From NCBI GenBank assembly GCA_963714015.1, contig OY970223.1, positions 2,336,001 to 2,400,000 on the forward strand: DNA of 64,000 bases, written 5' to 3'. Shown here piece after piece: positions 54,784 through 64,000 of this stretch (position 1 is its first letter; each line of letters begins with the position of its first letter). Below the pieces are notes generated by a model, which saw nothing but the letters and a program-made list of their open reading frames with translations, was not told the DNA's origin and ran no database searches. A program made the position numbers and the translations under genes. The DNA is from Vulcanimicrobiota bacterium (lineage in GTDB: Bacteria > Vulcanimicrobiota > Vulcanimicrobiia > Vulcanimicrobiales > Vulcanimicrobiaceae).

Positions 54784-55452
54784 GTGGTCACGGCGATTCG
54801 CAGAAACTTCGGGCTCAAACTACTCTCGCTCGCGCTTGCCATCATCGGCTGGGCGTATTTCCGTTTCGGTCCGCCGAACCCGGTGGTCGCCGCGCGCTTC
54901 AATCAGCAGTTCAGCGTTCCAATCGTCGCGGTTAATCTGCCGCCGGACGACATCGCCAAATTTTCGGACAAGGTGGCCGAAGTAACGGTCGCGCCGAAAC
55001 GCGGCGAGCCGCCGATCAAGCCGGAGGAGATCAAAGCCGTGATCGATCTGTCGAATAGGGCGCCCGGCGTATACAACGTTCCCGTTCAGCTCGTCGCTCC
55101 CAGCATTGCCGTGCAGTCACTGAGCCCGGCGTCCACCACGATCACCATTGAAAAGATCGATCAAAAAACGTTCTCCGTGGCGATGCATTACAGCGGGCAG
55201 GCAAACGTGGTGGTAAGCCGCTTCACCGTAACGCCCGCGTCGGTGAGTGCTCGTGGTCCGACGGATGAGCTCTCGCAAGTCGCGACCGTTCGAGTGGATC
55301 TGCCGCTCGTTTCCTCTCAGCCTTCGATCGACGAGATGATCCGTCCGGTTGCCGTCAATTCGCAAGGCGAAGAGATCGGCGACGTACAGGTCGTCCCGAA
55401 TCTGGTCCGCGTTCAAGCGCATTACCTGCCGGCCACCGGCCCGAAGCGATAG
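54784..55452 (+). CDS. cdaR: CdaR/YbbR-like regulator
   Basis: KLLSLALAIIGW TM plus YbbR-like repeats; lies between cdaA and glmM. Confidence 0.82.
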   Translation: MVTAIRRNFGLKLLSLALAIIGWAYFRFGPPNPVVAARFNQQFSVPIVAVNLPPDDIAKFSDKVAEVTVAPKRGEPPIKPEEIKAVIDLSNRAPGVYNVPVQLVAPSIAVQSLSPASTTITIEKIDQKTFSVAMHYSGQANVVVSRFTVTPASVSARGPTDELSQVATVRVDLPLVSSQPSIDEMIRPVAVNSQGEEIGDVQVVPNLVRVQAHYLPATGPKR

Positions 55453-55460
55453 GGAAGTAC

Positions 55461-56813
55461 ATGGGAAAATACTTTGGAACCGACGGCGTACGAGGCGTCG
55501 CAAACACCGAGCTCACGGCGGAGCTGGCATTTGCGGTCGGACGTGCCGGCGCCACGGTTCTCGGACACAGCAGCGACCGGCATAAGCCCGTAATCGTGGG
55601 ACGCGATACGCGGCTCTCCGGTACGATGCTCGAGTCGGCCATCGTGGCCGGCATAACGTCGGTCGGAAGGGACACACTTTCCCTCGGAATCGTGCCGACG
55701 CCGGCGGTCGCCGCTATAACGGTGCGTACCGGCGCTGCAGCGGGCGTGATGATCAGCGCCTCGCACAACCCCATTGCCGACAACGGCATCAAATTCTTCG
55801 GACCTGACGGCTTCAAACTTTCCGATGCGGTAGAAGAAGAGATCGAATCGCTGATCGCCGCTGACGATTTGCCTCGTCCGACGGGAACGGGAATCGGCAT
55901 CGCCGCCGTCGCGCAGAATCTCGGAAAGCACTACTACGAGGAGCTCTACGCGCATGCCGCCGCTTTGAGCGGGCTCACCGTCGTCGTGGACGGCGCGTTC
56001 GGCGCCGCGTACGCTTATGCGCCGTACGCACTGCGCAAACTGGGCGCGACGGTGCACGAACTGAACTGCGAGAACGACGGGTCCCGCATCAACGTGCAGT
56101 GCGGCGCGACGGATTTGCGGCCGCTCCAGTCCCGCGTGCGCGAACTGGTCGATTCGGGCGAACGGCACGTCATCGGCGTGGCCTTCGACGGCGATGCGGA
56201 TCGCGCAATGTTCGTCGACGAAACGGGAACGGCGCTCAACGGCGATCACGTGATGCTGATCCTCGCAAGCGCGTTGCACGCTGCCGAGGAGCTCGCTGGG
56301 CAATACGGTTGTCGCCACGGTGATGAGCAATTTGGGTCTCGAGAAGGCTCTGCGCGTTCGAGGCATCGCGCTGCTGCGCGCGCCGGTCGGCGATCGCTAC
56401 GTGCTCGAGCAGATGCGCGCAGGCGGATTCGTTCTAGGCGGCGAGCAGTCCGGACATATCATCAATCTGCTGAACAACACGACGGGCGATGGACCGATGA
56501 CGGCAATATCGCTGCTTTCGACGATCGTGCGCAGCGGCAAGACCCTGCACGAACTTGCGGGCGAGCTACGGTTTATCCGCAGGTGCTCGTGAATATTCAG
56601 ACGCCTTTAAAGAGTGTGTTGGATACTCCCGAGGTGCGCGAAGCGGTGCGCGAGGCCGAGCAAATCTTAACCGGAAATGGACGATTGCTGATACGTCCGT
56701 CGGGAACCGAGCCGCTCATACGTGTTATGGTCGAAGGCGACGATCAGCAGCGGATTGAGGCTCTTGCCAACGACCTTGCTGACCGCATTAGGCAAGCGGC
56801 TATGGTTTCTTGA
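55461..56813 (+). CDS. glmM: Phosphoglucosamine mutase (compensating frameshifts ~56295 and ~56570)
   Basis: [40 protein letters not shown] and GGEQSGH lie in the alternative frame 56320-56592. Confidence 0.93.
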   Translation: MGKYFGTDGVRGVANTELTAELAFAVGRAGATVLGHSSDRHKPVIVGRDTRLSGTMLESAIVAGITSVGRDTLSLGIVPTPAVAAITVRTGAAAGVMISASHNPIADNGIKFFGPDGFKLSDAVEEEIESLIAADDLPRPTGTGIGIAAVAQNLGKHYYEELYAHAAALSGLTVVVDGAFGAAYAYAPYALRKLGATVHELNCENDGSRINVQCGATDLRPLQSRVRELVDSGERHVIGVAFDGDADRAMFVDETGTALNGDHVMLILASALHAAEELAGQYGCRHGDEQFGSREGSARSRHRAAARAGRRSLRARADARRRIRSRRRAVRTYHQSAEQHDGRWTDDGNIAAFDDRAQRQDPARTCGRATVYPQVLVNIQTPLKSVLDTPEVREAVREAEQILTGNGRLLIRPSGTEPLIRVMVEGDDQQRIEALANDLADRIRQAAMVS

Positions 56814-56933
56814 CCGGCCGCCGATAATTCTGGAATACGCGGCGCAGCCCCGGGGAGGGAATTGCCCATTGGGGCAAAACATCGCCGCCTAGCGTTTCCG
56901 GCTACCCAGCCGGTCGCTAACCAGCCTGCCATG

Positions 56934-57055
56934 GAATCACTGAGTCCGGGACAACCCGGAGCGGGGGATATGCCGGTAGGGGTGAATGGGCCGGTCCGGC
57001 CCTAGGGCGACTTTCAACGTCCGAACCCGTCAACTAACCCCGCAAGTGTTTTGAA
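56934..57055 (+). ncRNA. Cyclic di-AMP (ydaO/yuaA) riboswitch
   Basis: CACTGAGTCCGGG..CCCGGA-GCGGGGGA...GGGGTGAAT...TAGGGCGA...CCGAACCCGTCAACTAACCCCGCAAGTG matches the conserved ydaO blocks; upstream of NlpC/P60. Confidence 0.88.
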
Positions 57056-57068
57056 AGAGGAGCAGTCT

Positions 57069-57761
57069 TTGCGTTATCTTTTAACCACTGGGGTTTTGGC
57101 GTTTTGTATCGCAGCGTCCAATGCTTTGGCATTGGCCGATCCGGCCTCAAACGCCGCCCAGCCCGCCGCCGTCACCGTGCCGGCGGCATCCGCGCCCACA
57201 GCAGTGTCTCCAAACGCTGCAGCGGCCACGGATTCAGAGGCCCCCGGCGTTCCGGTTCAGAGTCCGGACGTCGCCGAGTGGACCGCCCAGTTGATTCACG
57301 AGCAGCAGGTTCAGGCCGGCCATAAAGCCGCTGCGGCACAGCCGCATGCTTTAGGCCGATTCGCAAGTCGCATCATCTCGCGCACGAGCCGAATCGCCAA
57401 GAATCTAACCCGCGACGCTCTGCGGTTCCTGGGAACTCCGTATGTGTTCGGAGGCACGACCTCGTCCGGGTTCGATTGCTCGGGATTCGTCCAGCACGTT
57501 TTCGCCATGCTTGGCGTCAGCGTGCCGCGTACAGCTGATGCGCAGTACTACGCAGGTCACCGTGCCAGAGGGGGAGTAAAGGCCGGTGACCTCGTGTTCT
57601 TCCAAACCTATGCTCCGGGCCCGTCCCACGTCGGTATCTACATCGGCAACGGGAAATTCGTTCATGCCAGCTCGCACGGCGTAATGGTGAGCAGCCTCTC
57701 CGACTCGTACTGGTCGGAGCGGTATCTGGGCGCCAAGCGCGTCATCGCGCAAACTCGATAG
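57069..57761 (+). CDS. NlpC/P60 (C40) cell-wall endopeptidase
   Basis: Signal peptide, GTPYVFGG, FDCSGF, GDLVFF, HVGIY, FVHAS; GAGGAG RBS. Confidence 0.93.
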   Translation: MRYLLTTGVLAFCIAASNALALADPASNAAQPAAVTVPAASAPTAVSPNAAAATDSEAPGVPVQSPDVAEWTAQLIHEQQVQAGHKAAAAQPHALGRFASRIISRTSRIAKNLTRDALRFLGTPYVFGGTTSSGFDCSGFVQHVFAMLGVSVPRTADAQYYAGHRARGGVKAGDLVFFQTYAPGPSHVGIYIGNGKFVHASSHGVMVSSLSDSYWSERYLGAKRVIAQTR

Positions 57762-58123
57762 TTACGGCAGAAGACACCCGCGCGACGGACGAGCACCGGC
57801 GCGCGTCACTCGCGTATTTCTTATGGCCGGCCGCGCTCTACGAATATTTCGCAGACCGTGAGCCGGCTTCGCATTGGTACCGGCAGCAGATCCGTCAAGC
57901 GCTCCGCTTCGGGCTAGTCTGGATGGCGATCGGCTTTGCCGCGCTCGTCTGGCCACTACTCCTGTCGCTGCTGACCGGCAACCTTACCGCAACGGTCGTC
58001 ATTTACGCGATCGCTTTCGCCGTGGACATCGCCGTCTTTGTCATTTGGCTGCGCCGCGCCCTGAACTACAGCAAGCGCGCGGCCCGCGGCGACACGTTCA
58101 GCGTCGGCCAATACGCCCCCTAA
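57758..58123 (+). CDS. Small membrane protein (DUF4870-like); start codon possibly ATA
   Basis: The 57923 ORF frame stays open upstream (ASLAYFLWPAAL...WYRQQIRQAL) to an ATA overlapping the NlpC TAG. Confidence 0.55.
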   Translation: MVTAEDTRATDEHRRASLAYFLWPAALYEYFADREPASHWYRQQIRQALRFGLVWMAIGFAALVWPLLLSLLTGNLTATVVIYAIAFAVDIAVFVIWLRRALNYSKRAARGDTFSVGQYAP

Positions 58124-58193
58124 ACTGAAGGACGCGCTCGCGCCGCGGCTAATTGTGGGTCCGCCAAGCGGTCTGCCGCGACGTGAAAATCGA

Positions 58194-58268
58194 TGGGGTG
58201 TAGCCAAGCGGTAAGGCAGCGGACTTTGACTCCGCCATGCGTTGGTTCGAATCCAGCCACCCCAGCCA
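58194..58268 (+). tRNA. tRNA-Gln (TTG)
   Basis: TGGGGTG/CACCCCA acceptor stem, GCGGA-CTTTGAC-TCCGC anticodon arm, GTTCGAATC T-loop, encoded CCA. Confidence 0.97.
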
Positions 58269-58272
58269 AATT

Positions 58273-58305
58273 GAGAAGGCTCGCTCAGCGGGTCTTTTCT
58301 TTTTT
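58273..58305 (+). terminator. Intrinsic terminator after tRNA-Gln
   Basis: GAGAAGGCTCGC/GCGGGTCTTTTC stem followed by a T tract. Confidence 0.75.
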
Positions 58306-58549
58306 GCTCGATGCTTGAGGTTCGATCTTGCTCGCGCACTCGTGTGACGCCGTATGTCTTTGACGTCTGGCTATGTATCCTTCATGTCAGACGTTTTGCG
58401 AACGCCCGAACGAGAATCTGACCTTGCATCTTCGATTCGAAAGCTACGACACGACGACTTTTCTGAAATGCCCGACGCGGACGAAGCACGAACGACCGAT
58501 CCCGGCAGCATACTAGGGGATAGTAAGCTGGCGGACTAACTCATTCGCC

Positions 58550-59509
58550 GTGAGCGTCAATACCCTGCACATCACCAACGGCGAGTCGGTGATTTACACG
58601 TGGAAGAAGGCGGGGCTCCTGGGCACTCACTTGTCGTGGGCAGACAACCTGCACGAGGGTCCTGTGCCGGCCGGATTGGCGCTCGAAGAAATGAGCCGCC
58701 TTCGGGCTTCGTATTTAGCGTCTAGAGGCTACGGCAACGGCATAAAGATCCAGCGCGATTTCGAGAAACGCGACGCCGCCATCCGGCGCGCCGCCGAATT
58801 CGACGAGATCGTGCTCTGGTTCGAACACGACCTCTACGATCAGCTGCACATCTTGCAGATTCTGGAAGTGCTGCGCGAGCTGGGATTCGGCGCCGGCAGC
58901 GTGCAGATCGTTCAGTCCGATCACTATCTCGGCATGCTCGACGCGGACGAACTCATGGCGCTGTATCCCAAACGCCGTTTCATTACGAATGCGAGTGCGG
59001 AAGGCGCGCGGCGCGCGTGGGAAGCTTTCACAAGCGAGTCGCCGCAGCGCTTGTGGAGCGCGGCCGGGGAGAAATACGTCGGTTTACCATACATGAGCGA
59101 CGCATTACATCGTTTGTGCGAAGAGTATCCCGGCGCGCAAACCGGACTCTCGCGGACGCAAAAGCAGCTCCTCGAGGCGTGCGCTCAAGGGGCGCGCCAC
59201 AAAGAAGAAATCTTCCGCCGCGCGCAAGCGCGTGAGGAGGCCTCATTTCTCGGCGACACTTGCGCATACGGCTCGCTCGACGATCTCTGCGCGCAGCCGG
59301 CTCCGCTCCTTTGCTTGCTGGACACGGGTTACGATTTGACGGTGCTCGGCCGCAGGGTGCTCGCCGGGGACGCGAGCTGGCTCGATTACCAGCCGCTGGA
59401 TCGATGGATAGGAGGTGCGCATCTGACCGACCAATCCCGCTGGCGCTGGAATGATCTCGAAGAGACGCTCGTCGAACTGCCCGGCAACGGCCGCGCTATC
59501 GAGCGCTAA
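58550..59509 (+). CDS. DUF1835-like protein
   Basis: LHITNGES, DNLHEGPVP, LWFEHDLYDQL, DRWIGG. Confidence 0.75.
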   Translation: MSVNTLHITNGESVIYTWKKAGLLGTHLSWADNLHEGPVPAGLALEEMSRLRASYLASRGYGNGIKIQRDFEKRDAAIRRAAEFDEIVLWFEHDLYDQLHILQILEVLRELGFGAGSVQIVQSDHYLGMLDADELMALYPKRRFITNASAEGARRAWEAFTSESPQRLWSAAGEKYVGLPYMSDALHRLCEEYPGAQTGLSRTQKQLLEACAQGARHKEEIFRRAQAREEASFLGDTCAYGSLDDLCAQPAPLLCLLDTGYDLTVLGRRVLAGDASWLDYQPLDRWIGGAHLTDQSRWRWNDLEETLVELPGNGRAIER

Positions 59510-59521
59510 AAGGGGAAGTCA

Positions 59522-59896
59522 ATGTCGCACGATGCACTCTCGGTAGACATCAAGTCGGAACACGACGGCAATGCCATCATCTACCGCCTGCGCGGAAGTC
59601 TCGATCTGGCTACGTCGCCCTCGCTAAGAGCGGCGTTGATCGAAGCCGCCGACGAAGGCAAGCACGATATCGTCGTCGACCTCTCACAACTGGAATTTCT
59701 CGACTCCACGGGCTTGGGCGCGATCATCGGCGCGCACCGCCGAGCGCTGGAACACGGCGGGTGCGTTCGTCTTATCGTCAACGAAGGGCCGATTCAACGC
59801 CTGTTGACGATAACCGGACTGATGAGCATTTTGTCGGTCTATGCGTCCCTGGACGCAGCGCTGAACGACCGCGACCGCCTGGTTGCTTCAATTTAG
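59522..59896 (+). CDS. STAS anti-sigma-factor antagonist
   Basis: LRGSLDL, VDLSQLEFLDSTGLG (phospho-Ser motif), ITGL. Confidence 0.92.
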   Translation: MSHDALSVDIKSEHDGNAIIYRLRGSLDLATSPSLRAALIEAADEGKHDIVVDLSQLEFLDSTGLGAIIGAHRRALEHGGCVRLIVNEGPIQRLLTITGLMSILSVYASLDAALNDRDRLVASI

Positions 59897-61159
59897 CGTT
59901 GGCTTGGCGTAAGATTCGTCAAGCAACTCGACGACGTGCCTGACGCGGATCGAGCTTTGCTTCTGCTGCAGCCCGGCGGCGATCTGCATCGCACACCCCG
60001 GGTTTGCGGTGGCAACGATCTCGGCACCGGCATCCAGAACGTTTGAGACTTTCCGGTCGCGCAGACGCTGTGACATGGCTGGCTGCGTCAGGTTGTAGAT
60101 CCCGGCGCTGCCGCAGCAAAGTGCGCTCTCGGACAGTTCCAAGAGGCGCAGTTCGGGAATCTGCCTCAACAGGCGCCGCGGCGCCGCGGCGATGCGCTGA
60201 GCATGCACCAAATGACATGCATCCTGGTACGTCACGGACGCGCGGAGCGGCTGCAGTCCGGCCGCTAATCCGACGTCATCCAGAAACTCGAGCACGTCTC
60301 GAACGCGCTCGGCAAAAGCAGCCGCACGATCCGCCCAAGCGGCATCGTCTTTGAGCAGCTCGCCGTATTCTTTGAGCGCCGAGCCGCAACCCGCTGCATT
60401 GACGATATAGAACTGCGCTCCCGAACGTTCGAATGCGGCGATGTTGCGTTTTGCCATCTCGCGCGCCGCCTTCGGTTCGCCCGCGTGTACCGCGATAGCG
60501 CCGCAGCAGCCCTGAGCTGCAGGCACGACGACAGCGCAGCCGTTACGCTGAAGAACGCGCACCGTCGCCGCGTTAACGCCGGCAAAAGCGACGTGCATAA
60601 TGCAGCCGGCGTGCAGCATCACTTTTGCGCGCTCGTCGATTGCTTTGAACTGCTGTCCTCGCGGAACAAAAAATTCGGCCGAGATCGGCGGCGCGAGCGA
60701 CTCAGCTTGCTCGAGCCCTAAACGTTTCAGAATTCCGGAAGCGCGCGCGAATCGCTGTAGACCCGAACGCTGGTAAAAGCGTAAAGCACGAGCCGCTCCC
60801 CGCATCATCCAAAGGTGCGCGAATGGAGCGATGAGCACAATCCGCCGCGCGAGAGCTTTGATAGGCGAACGCCGCTCGGCGACCGCGGCTTCGACTCGGG
60901 CGCGTGCACCCTCAATGAGCTTACCGTACTCCACCCCGCTCGGACAGGCGGCGGCGCATGCGCGGCAGTCCAGACACTCCCCCATTTGATGGACGAAGCC
61001 GGGCGAAAGCACGTCCATCCGGCCCTCGTCGACGGCTTTGATGAGGCTAATCCGGCCGCGAGGACCGGATGTTTCCGTCATCGTCTCCAGATATGTGGGA
61101 CAGCTAGGCAAGCACAGTCCGCATCGGACGCACTTGTTGTATACTGAGGCGTCGAGCAT
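59888..61159 (-). CDS. GlcF-like 4Fe-4S/CCG-domain oxidoreductase subunit
   Basis: CVRCGLCLPSCPT, CLDCRACAAACPSG, CCGA, YQDACHL, CCGSAG, ANPGC. Confidence 0.9.
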   Translation of the reverse strand: MLDASVYNKCVRCGLCLPSCPTYLETMTETSGPRGRISLIKAVDEGRMDVLSPGFVHQMGECLDCRACAAACPSGVEYGKLIEGARARVEAAVAERRSPIKALARRIVLIAPFAHLWMMRGAARALRFYQRSGLQRFARASGILKRLGLEQAESLAPPISAEFFVPRGQQFKAIDERAKVMLHAGCIMHVAFAGVNAATVRVLQRNGCAVVVPAAQGCCGAIAVHAGEPKAAREMAKRNIAAFERSGAQFYIVNAAGCGSALKEYGELLKDDAAWADRAAAFAERVRDVLEFLDDVGLAAGLQPLRASVTYQDACHLVHAQRIAAAPRRLLRQIPELRLLELSESALCCGSAGIYNLTQPAMSQRLRDRKVSNVLDAGAEIVATANPGCAMQIAAGLQQKQSSIRVRHVVELLDESYAKPTLN

Positions 61160-61220
61160 TGAGACTGGAGATTCGGCCCGCGGGTGAATTCGGCATTCCG
61201 TTCGAAGTAAGCGAACAAAC

Positions 61221-61676
61221 ATGAACTTCATGCGAGGCGAGCCGGCGCACCCTCCCGTCCATATCAGCGTAGCTTCGCCGGCTGGAGCTTACACCGTCGG
61301 AAACACGTCGTTTTTCCGCTATATCCTTAGATTGGCGGAAGCAGGCTTGCCTTTGCATGCGGACGATCGGGAAGCGTTGGAAATGCTCGCTGCAATTCCG
61401 CATGCCTTTTTTGACGACGAAGAGACGTCGTGGGGACGCGGCTGGAGAGTCGTGCCCGCCGCCACACTCGACGACTGGCCGGTGTTGGAATCGACGCCGC
61501 AACGCGTGCGCGCAGCGCTCGAGACCGCGCGCCGCGTATTATGGGAAAACGCCGCCCCCGTCGGCGTCAGCGCTCGTGAAATCGTTGCGATCGAAGACGA
61601 GCTCGGCGAGGTGTACAACGTTCTCGAGCGCGCTGAAAAAGCCGGCGTTCCCGTAAACATCAGTTACATCAGCTGA
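61221..61676 (+). CDS. Hypothetical protein
   Basis: 151-aa ORF followed by a terminator. Confidence 0.65.
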   Translation: MNFMRGEPAHPPVHISVASPAGAYTVGNTSFFRYILRLAEAGLPLHADDREALEMLAAIPHAFFDDEETSWGRGWRVVPAATLDDWPVLESTPQRVRAALETARRVLWENAAPVGVSAREIVAIEDELGEVYNVLERAEKAGVPVNISYIS

Positions 61677-61695
61677 GGGCATCAACGAGTGAAAG

Positions 61696-61731
61696 AAAAA
61701 GGCCGGCTTCTTTCGAAGCCGGCCCCTTTTT
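61696..61731. terminator. Bidirectional intrinsic terminator
   Basis: AAAAA-GGCCGGCTTC-TTTC-GAAGCCGGCC-CCTTTTT between convergent genes. Confidence 0.8.
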
Positions 61732-61748
61732 GCAGTACTCGAAAGTAC

Positions 61749-62835
61749 TTACGGAAGCGTCGCCTGGACGACCGCGGTGCCGATCAGCTCGCCCGGCGTG
61801 GTGGGGACGAGTGAACCGAACATCTGCGAGGGGGGCCAGTAGCCGATCTTTCCTACGCCGCTGCCGTCGAAGGCGTGCGACGCGAAGAGACGGGCATTCG
61901 CCGTTCCCAGCGCAACCGAGACGATGTCGTCGCCGTCGGTCTGAATCGTGATGTGGCGGCTAGCCGGCGGTTTTCCGCCCGGGATGATGTCGACGCGGGA
62001 TCCACCGGTGTTCGGGTCACCCAGCTCGATCGTCGAGAATCATGTTGCCGTAGCCGTCGAACTGGATCGAGCCCGGGAAGTTCAGCTTGATGTTCGCGAC
62101 GTTGAAGCTGCCCTTGCCGCCGGTCCACCAGCCGATGACGGGATTGCCGGAGCTGTCCTCACCGTCCGCCCAAACGTTGCCGCTGGCGTCGGTCGTGACG
62201 AAGTACGCGCGGTACGGTCCGCCGTTCAGAGCGGTGCCCGTGCTGGAGCCGTACTTGTAGTACATTACGTTGCCGCCGCTCGAGCATCCGTTCGAGCAGA
62301 TGTTGGCGACCCACAGCGTGAGCTTCTTGTCGACATGCAGTCCGACCGGATACTCACCGCCGTTGATGCCGGCTTCGGAGATATTGGTCGGATTGTTGAT
62401 CGAGTACGGAGCGTAGATGTTGATCGATTGCGTATTGGTGTCGGATTCGTACAGATTGCCGTTGGTGTCGGTCGCAAGTCCTTGCGGGCCGTTCAAACCG
62501 GCGATTTGACCGATCTGCTGACCGGTGTTGAAGTTGAAGATGTCGATCAAGCCGTTTTCATAGTCGGACGTAAACACCATCGTCGTGATGTTGCGGCGCA
62601 GCATGTAGCTCTGCGACGGCCGGTTCTGAGCGATTTGAAGCGGTTTGATTGCAACGGTGTTATTCAGCGTACCCGCAGTTTTCAGGTAGTTGCCGAATGC
62701 AGGACGTTGCGAGACTGAGGATTGGGATGCACCCTGTGTTGCGGGAACAGTTCCGCTGCCGCCGGAGCATCCTGCTACCAGCGCCAAGGAGGCTGCCACG
62801 CCTGCCAAGGACCCGAGTCGCGCGTTTAAACGCAT
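61749..62835 (-). CDS. Secreted lipoprotein with NHL-like beta-propeller repeats (frameshifts ~62030 and ~61835)
   Basis: Lipobox VAGC; PQGLATDTNGNLY and PVGLHVDKKLTLW repeats; coding signal continues in shifted frames to TAA at 61749. Confidence 0.7.
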
Positions 62836-62936
62836 AGTTTTCTTTTCTCCAATTGGAAGAGTAACGATGGGTCGGTTCCAATAAGTTTTGCGCCGGCGTC
62901 CTAATGAAACGACGACGCAGCCGGATACTTGACGAA

Positions 62937-62945
62937 ATTATAACA
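62937..62945 (-). promoter_or_regulatory. Extended -10 promoter
   Basis: TGTTATAAT about 100 nt upstream of the lipoprotein start. Confidence 0.45.
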
Positions 62946-62993
62946 CGAAGATTGCGCACCCCTTCGGAACTTCAAGAATATAGTACAAAAGTC

Positions 62994-64000
62994 TCATCGA
63001 ACGAAAAGCAGCGATAGGAATAACGCCGGGATTGCAGCGGCGGCTCCTAACCGGAAAAATTGCCCTAGGCTAATTTTTACTCGTTCCCGGCGCAATATCG
63101 CAAGCCAAAGCAGCGTCGCGAGTGAACCGGTAACGCTCAGATTCGGGCCAAGATCCACGCCGATTAGCGTTGCATGTACGATGTGCGCCGTTACGCCGTT
63201 GGCGCCGGCGGCGTACCGTGCAACGACGCCCACCGGCAAATTATTGAAGATTGTGTCGCCCGCAGTTACGGCAAAACCAGTGAGGAAGTCTCCGAAGATC
63301 GCCGGCGTGCGGCTCGTAAATATGAGAAAAGTGCGGGCTGCGTTCAGTACTCCCGTTGCATCCAGGGCTTGGACGATAACGAATAACCCCGCCACGAGCG
63401 CGACGATCGACCATTGCGCGTGCCGAACTGCGCTCGGAATGCTGCGCGAGTCCCAAATACCGACGGTAGCAAGCGAAACTACGCCGCCGACGAAGGCGCA
63501 CAAACCCACCGGCCAATGCAAAGCGGACGCGGTTAATACGAACAACGCCGACAACGGAACGAGGACCGCCGCGGCTTTCGCACCTTTGCCCAAAGCGGGG
63601 GACTCTTGGGTAAGCGAGCACGGCTGCGCGAGTGTATTGCGAAAAAGCAACGCTAGGACTTCGTACGTTACAACGATTGCAACGAGGGCGGGGACGCCGA
63701 ACGACTGGAACCAGATCGCCGGCCCAGGCAACGTGCGAAAGACGAGGAGGTTCGCGGGGTTCCCGATCGGCAGCAAAAAGCTGGCCGCATTGGCGACGAA
63801 AGCGCAGGCAAAGACGTACGGCAAAGGATTCGCACCGGCTTGCCTCACGGCCGCAAGAACGGCCGGCGTGAGCAGCACGATTGTGGCATCATTGGAGAGC
63901 AGCGCCGTAACGCCGACTCCCGCGACATAGGTTCCGGCAAAGAGCCGCCGCTGGGAACCGCGCGCAGCCGGAGTCACGCGCTTGGCCAGCCATTCAAACA
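62994..64000 (-). CDS. ArsB/NhaD family anion/arsenite transporter (5' end outside window)
   Basis: LSNDATIVLLTP, ANAASFLLPIGNPANL, NNLP, GVDLGPNLSVTGSLATLLW. Confidence 0.85.
   Translation of the reverse strand, partial: FEWLAKRVTPAARGSQRRLFAGTYVAGVGVTALLSNDATIVLLTPAVLAAVRQAGANPLPYVFACAFVANAASFLLPIGNPANLLVFRTLPGPAIWFQSFGVPALVAIVVTYEVLALLFRNTLAQPCSLTQESPALGKGAKAAAVLVPLSALFVLTASALHWPVGLCAFVGGVVSLATVGIWDSRSIPSAVRHAQWSIVALVAGLFVIVQALDATGVLNAARTFLIFTSRTPAIFGDFLTGFAVTAGDTIFNNLPVGVVARYAAGANGVTAHIVHATLIGVDLGPNLSVTGSLATLLWLAILRRERVKISLGQFFRLGAAAAIPALFLSLLFVR

Noticed and set aside
44619..56813. aroC, priA and glmM as pseudogenes or programmed frameshifts
   Set aside because: These are housekeeping genes with otherwise intact motifs and no shared slippery sequence, and similar indels occur across the window; sequence error is simpler.
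56814..56933. glmS ribozyme after glmM
   Set aside because: The conserved core is not seen and no glmS follows; the downstream RNA fits the ydaO class.
58163..58320. tRNA-Gln as an integration site (GCCAAGCGGT is repeated at 58163)
   Set aside because: Only a 10-nt match to the D-arm; no 3'-end duplication or integrase seen in the window.
58354..58539. 61-aa ORF upstream of DUF1835
   Set aside because: Short, with no RBS or motif; cannot be supported from the sequence alone.
61199..61226. LexA (GAAC-N4-GTTC) box upstream of the 151-aa gene
   Set aside because: Only one good half-site at the correct spacing (CGAAC-AAAC-ATGA).

Overview
GC-rich bacterial core-genome segment with no integrase, transposase, phage gene or CRISPR array. 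It combines Terrabacteria-type genes (cdaA-cdaR-glmM, a SigB/F-like sigma factor, a STAS protein) with an outer-membrane secretin, which suggests a diderm Terrabacterium, possibly Eremiobacterota/Vulcanimicrobiota (inference only). Gene order: partial sdhA; GAF-GGDEF; dnaE; a ~200-nt nested palindromic element; HAD-ftsQ-GT4; a minus-strand treZ-glgB-glgX-malQ-NTP-transferase/PMM cluster; MCP; ftsA-ftsZ; ettA; phosphoesterase, PQQ, PAP2 and DAGK genes; a 13-gene type IV pilus operon that also encodes a sigma factor, a CcdA/DsbD-type protein and a TPR protein; pfpI, hxlR, yceI, ygiD; aroC-aroK-aroB-priA; mscS; thrE; rpsT; rsgA; hypothetical-cdaA-cdaR-glmM followed by a c-di-AMP riboswitch and an NlpC/P60 gene; tRNA-Gln; DUF1835; STAS; glcF-like; a secreted lipoprotein; partial arsB-like. 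About a dozen frameshifts, some in essential genes, most likely reflect long-read consensus errors. Best leads: (1) the pilus operon carrying its own sigma factor and a CcdA next to a two-cysteine pilin; (2) tandem NrdR-box-like sites 32 bp apart upstream of ftsA-ftsZ; (3) the palindromic element after dnaE; (4) co-located c-di-AMP synthesis and sensing; (5) SigB-like promoters whose -10 lies 9 nt before the start codon.
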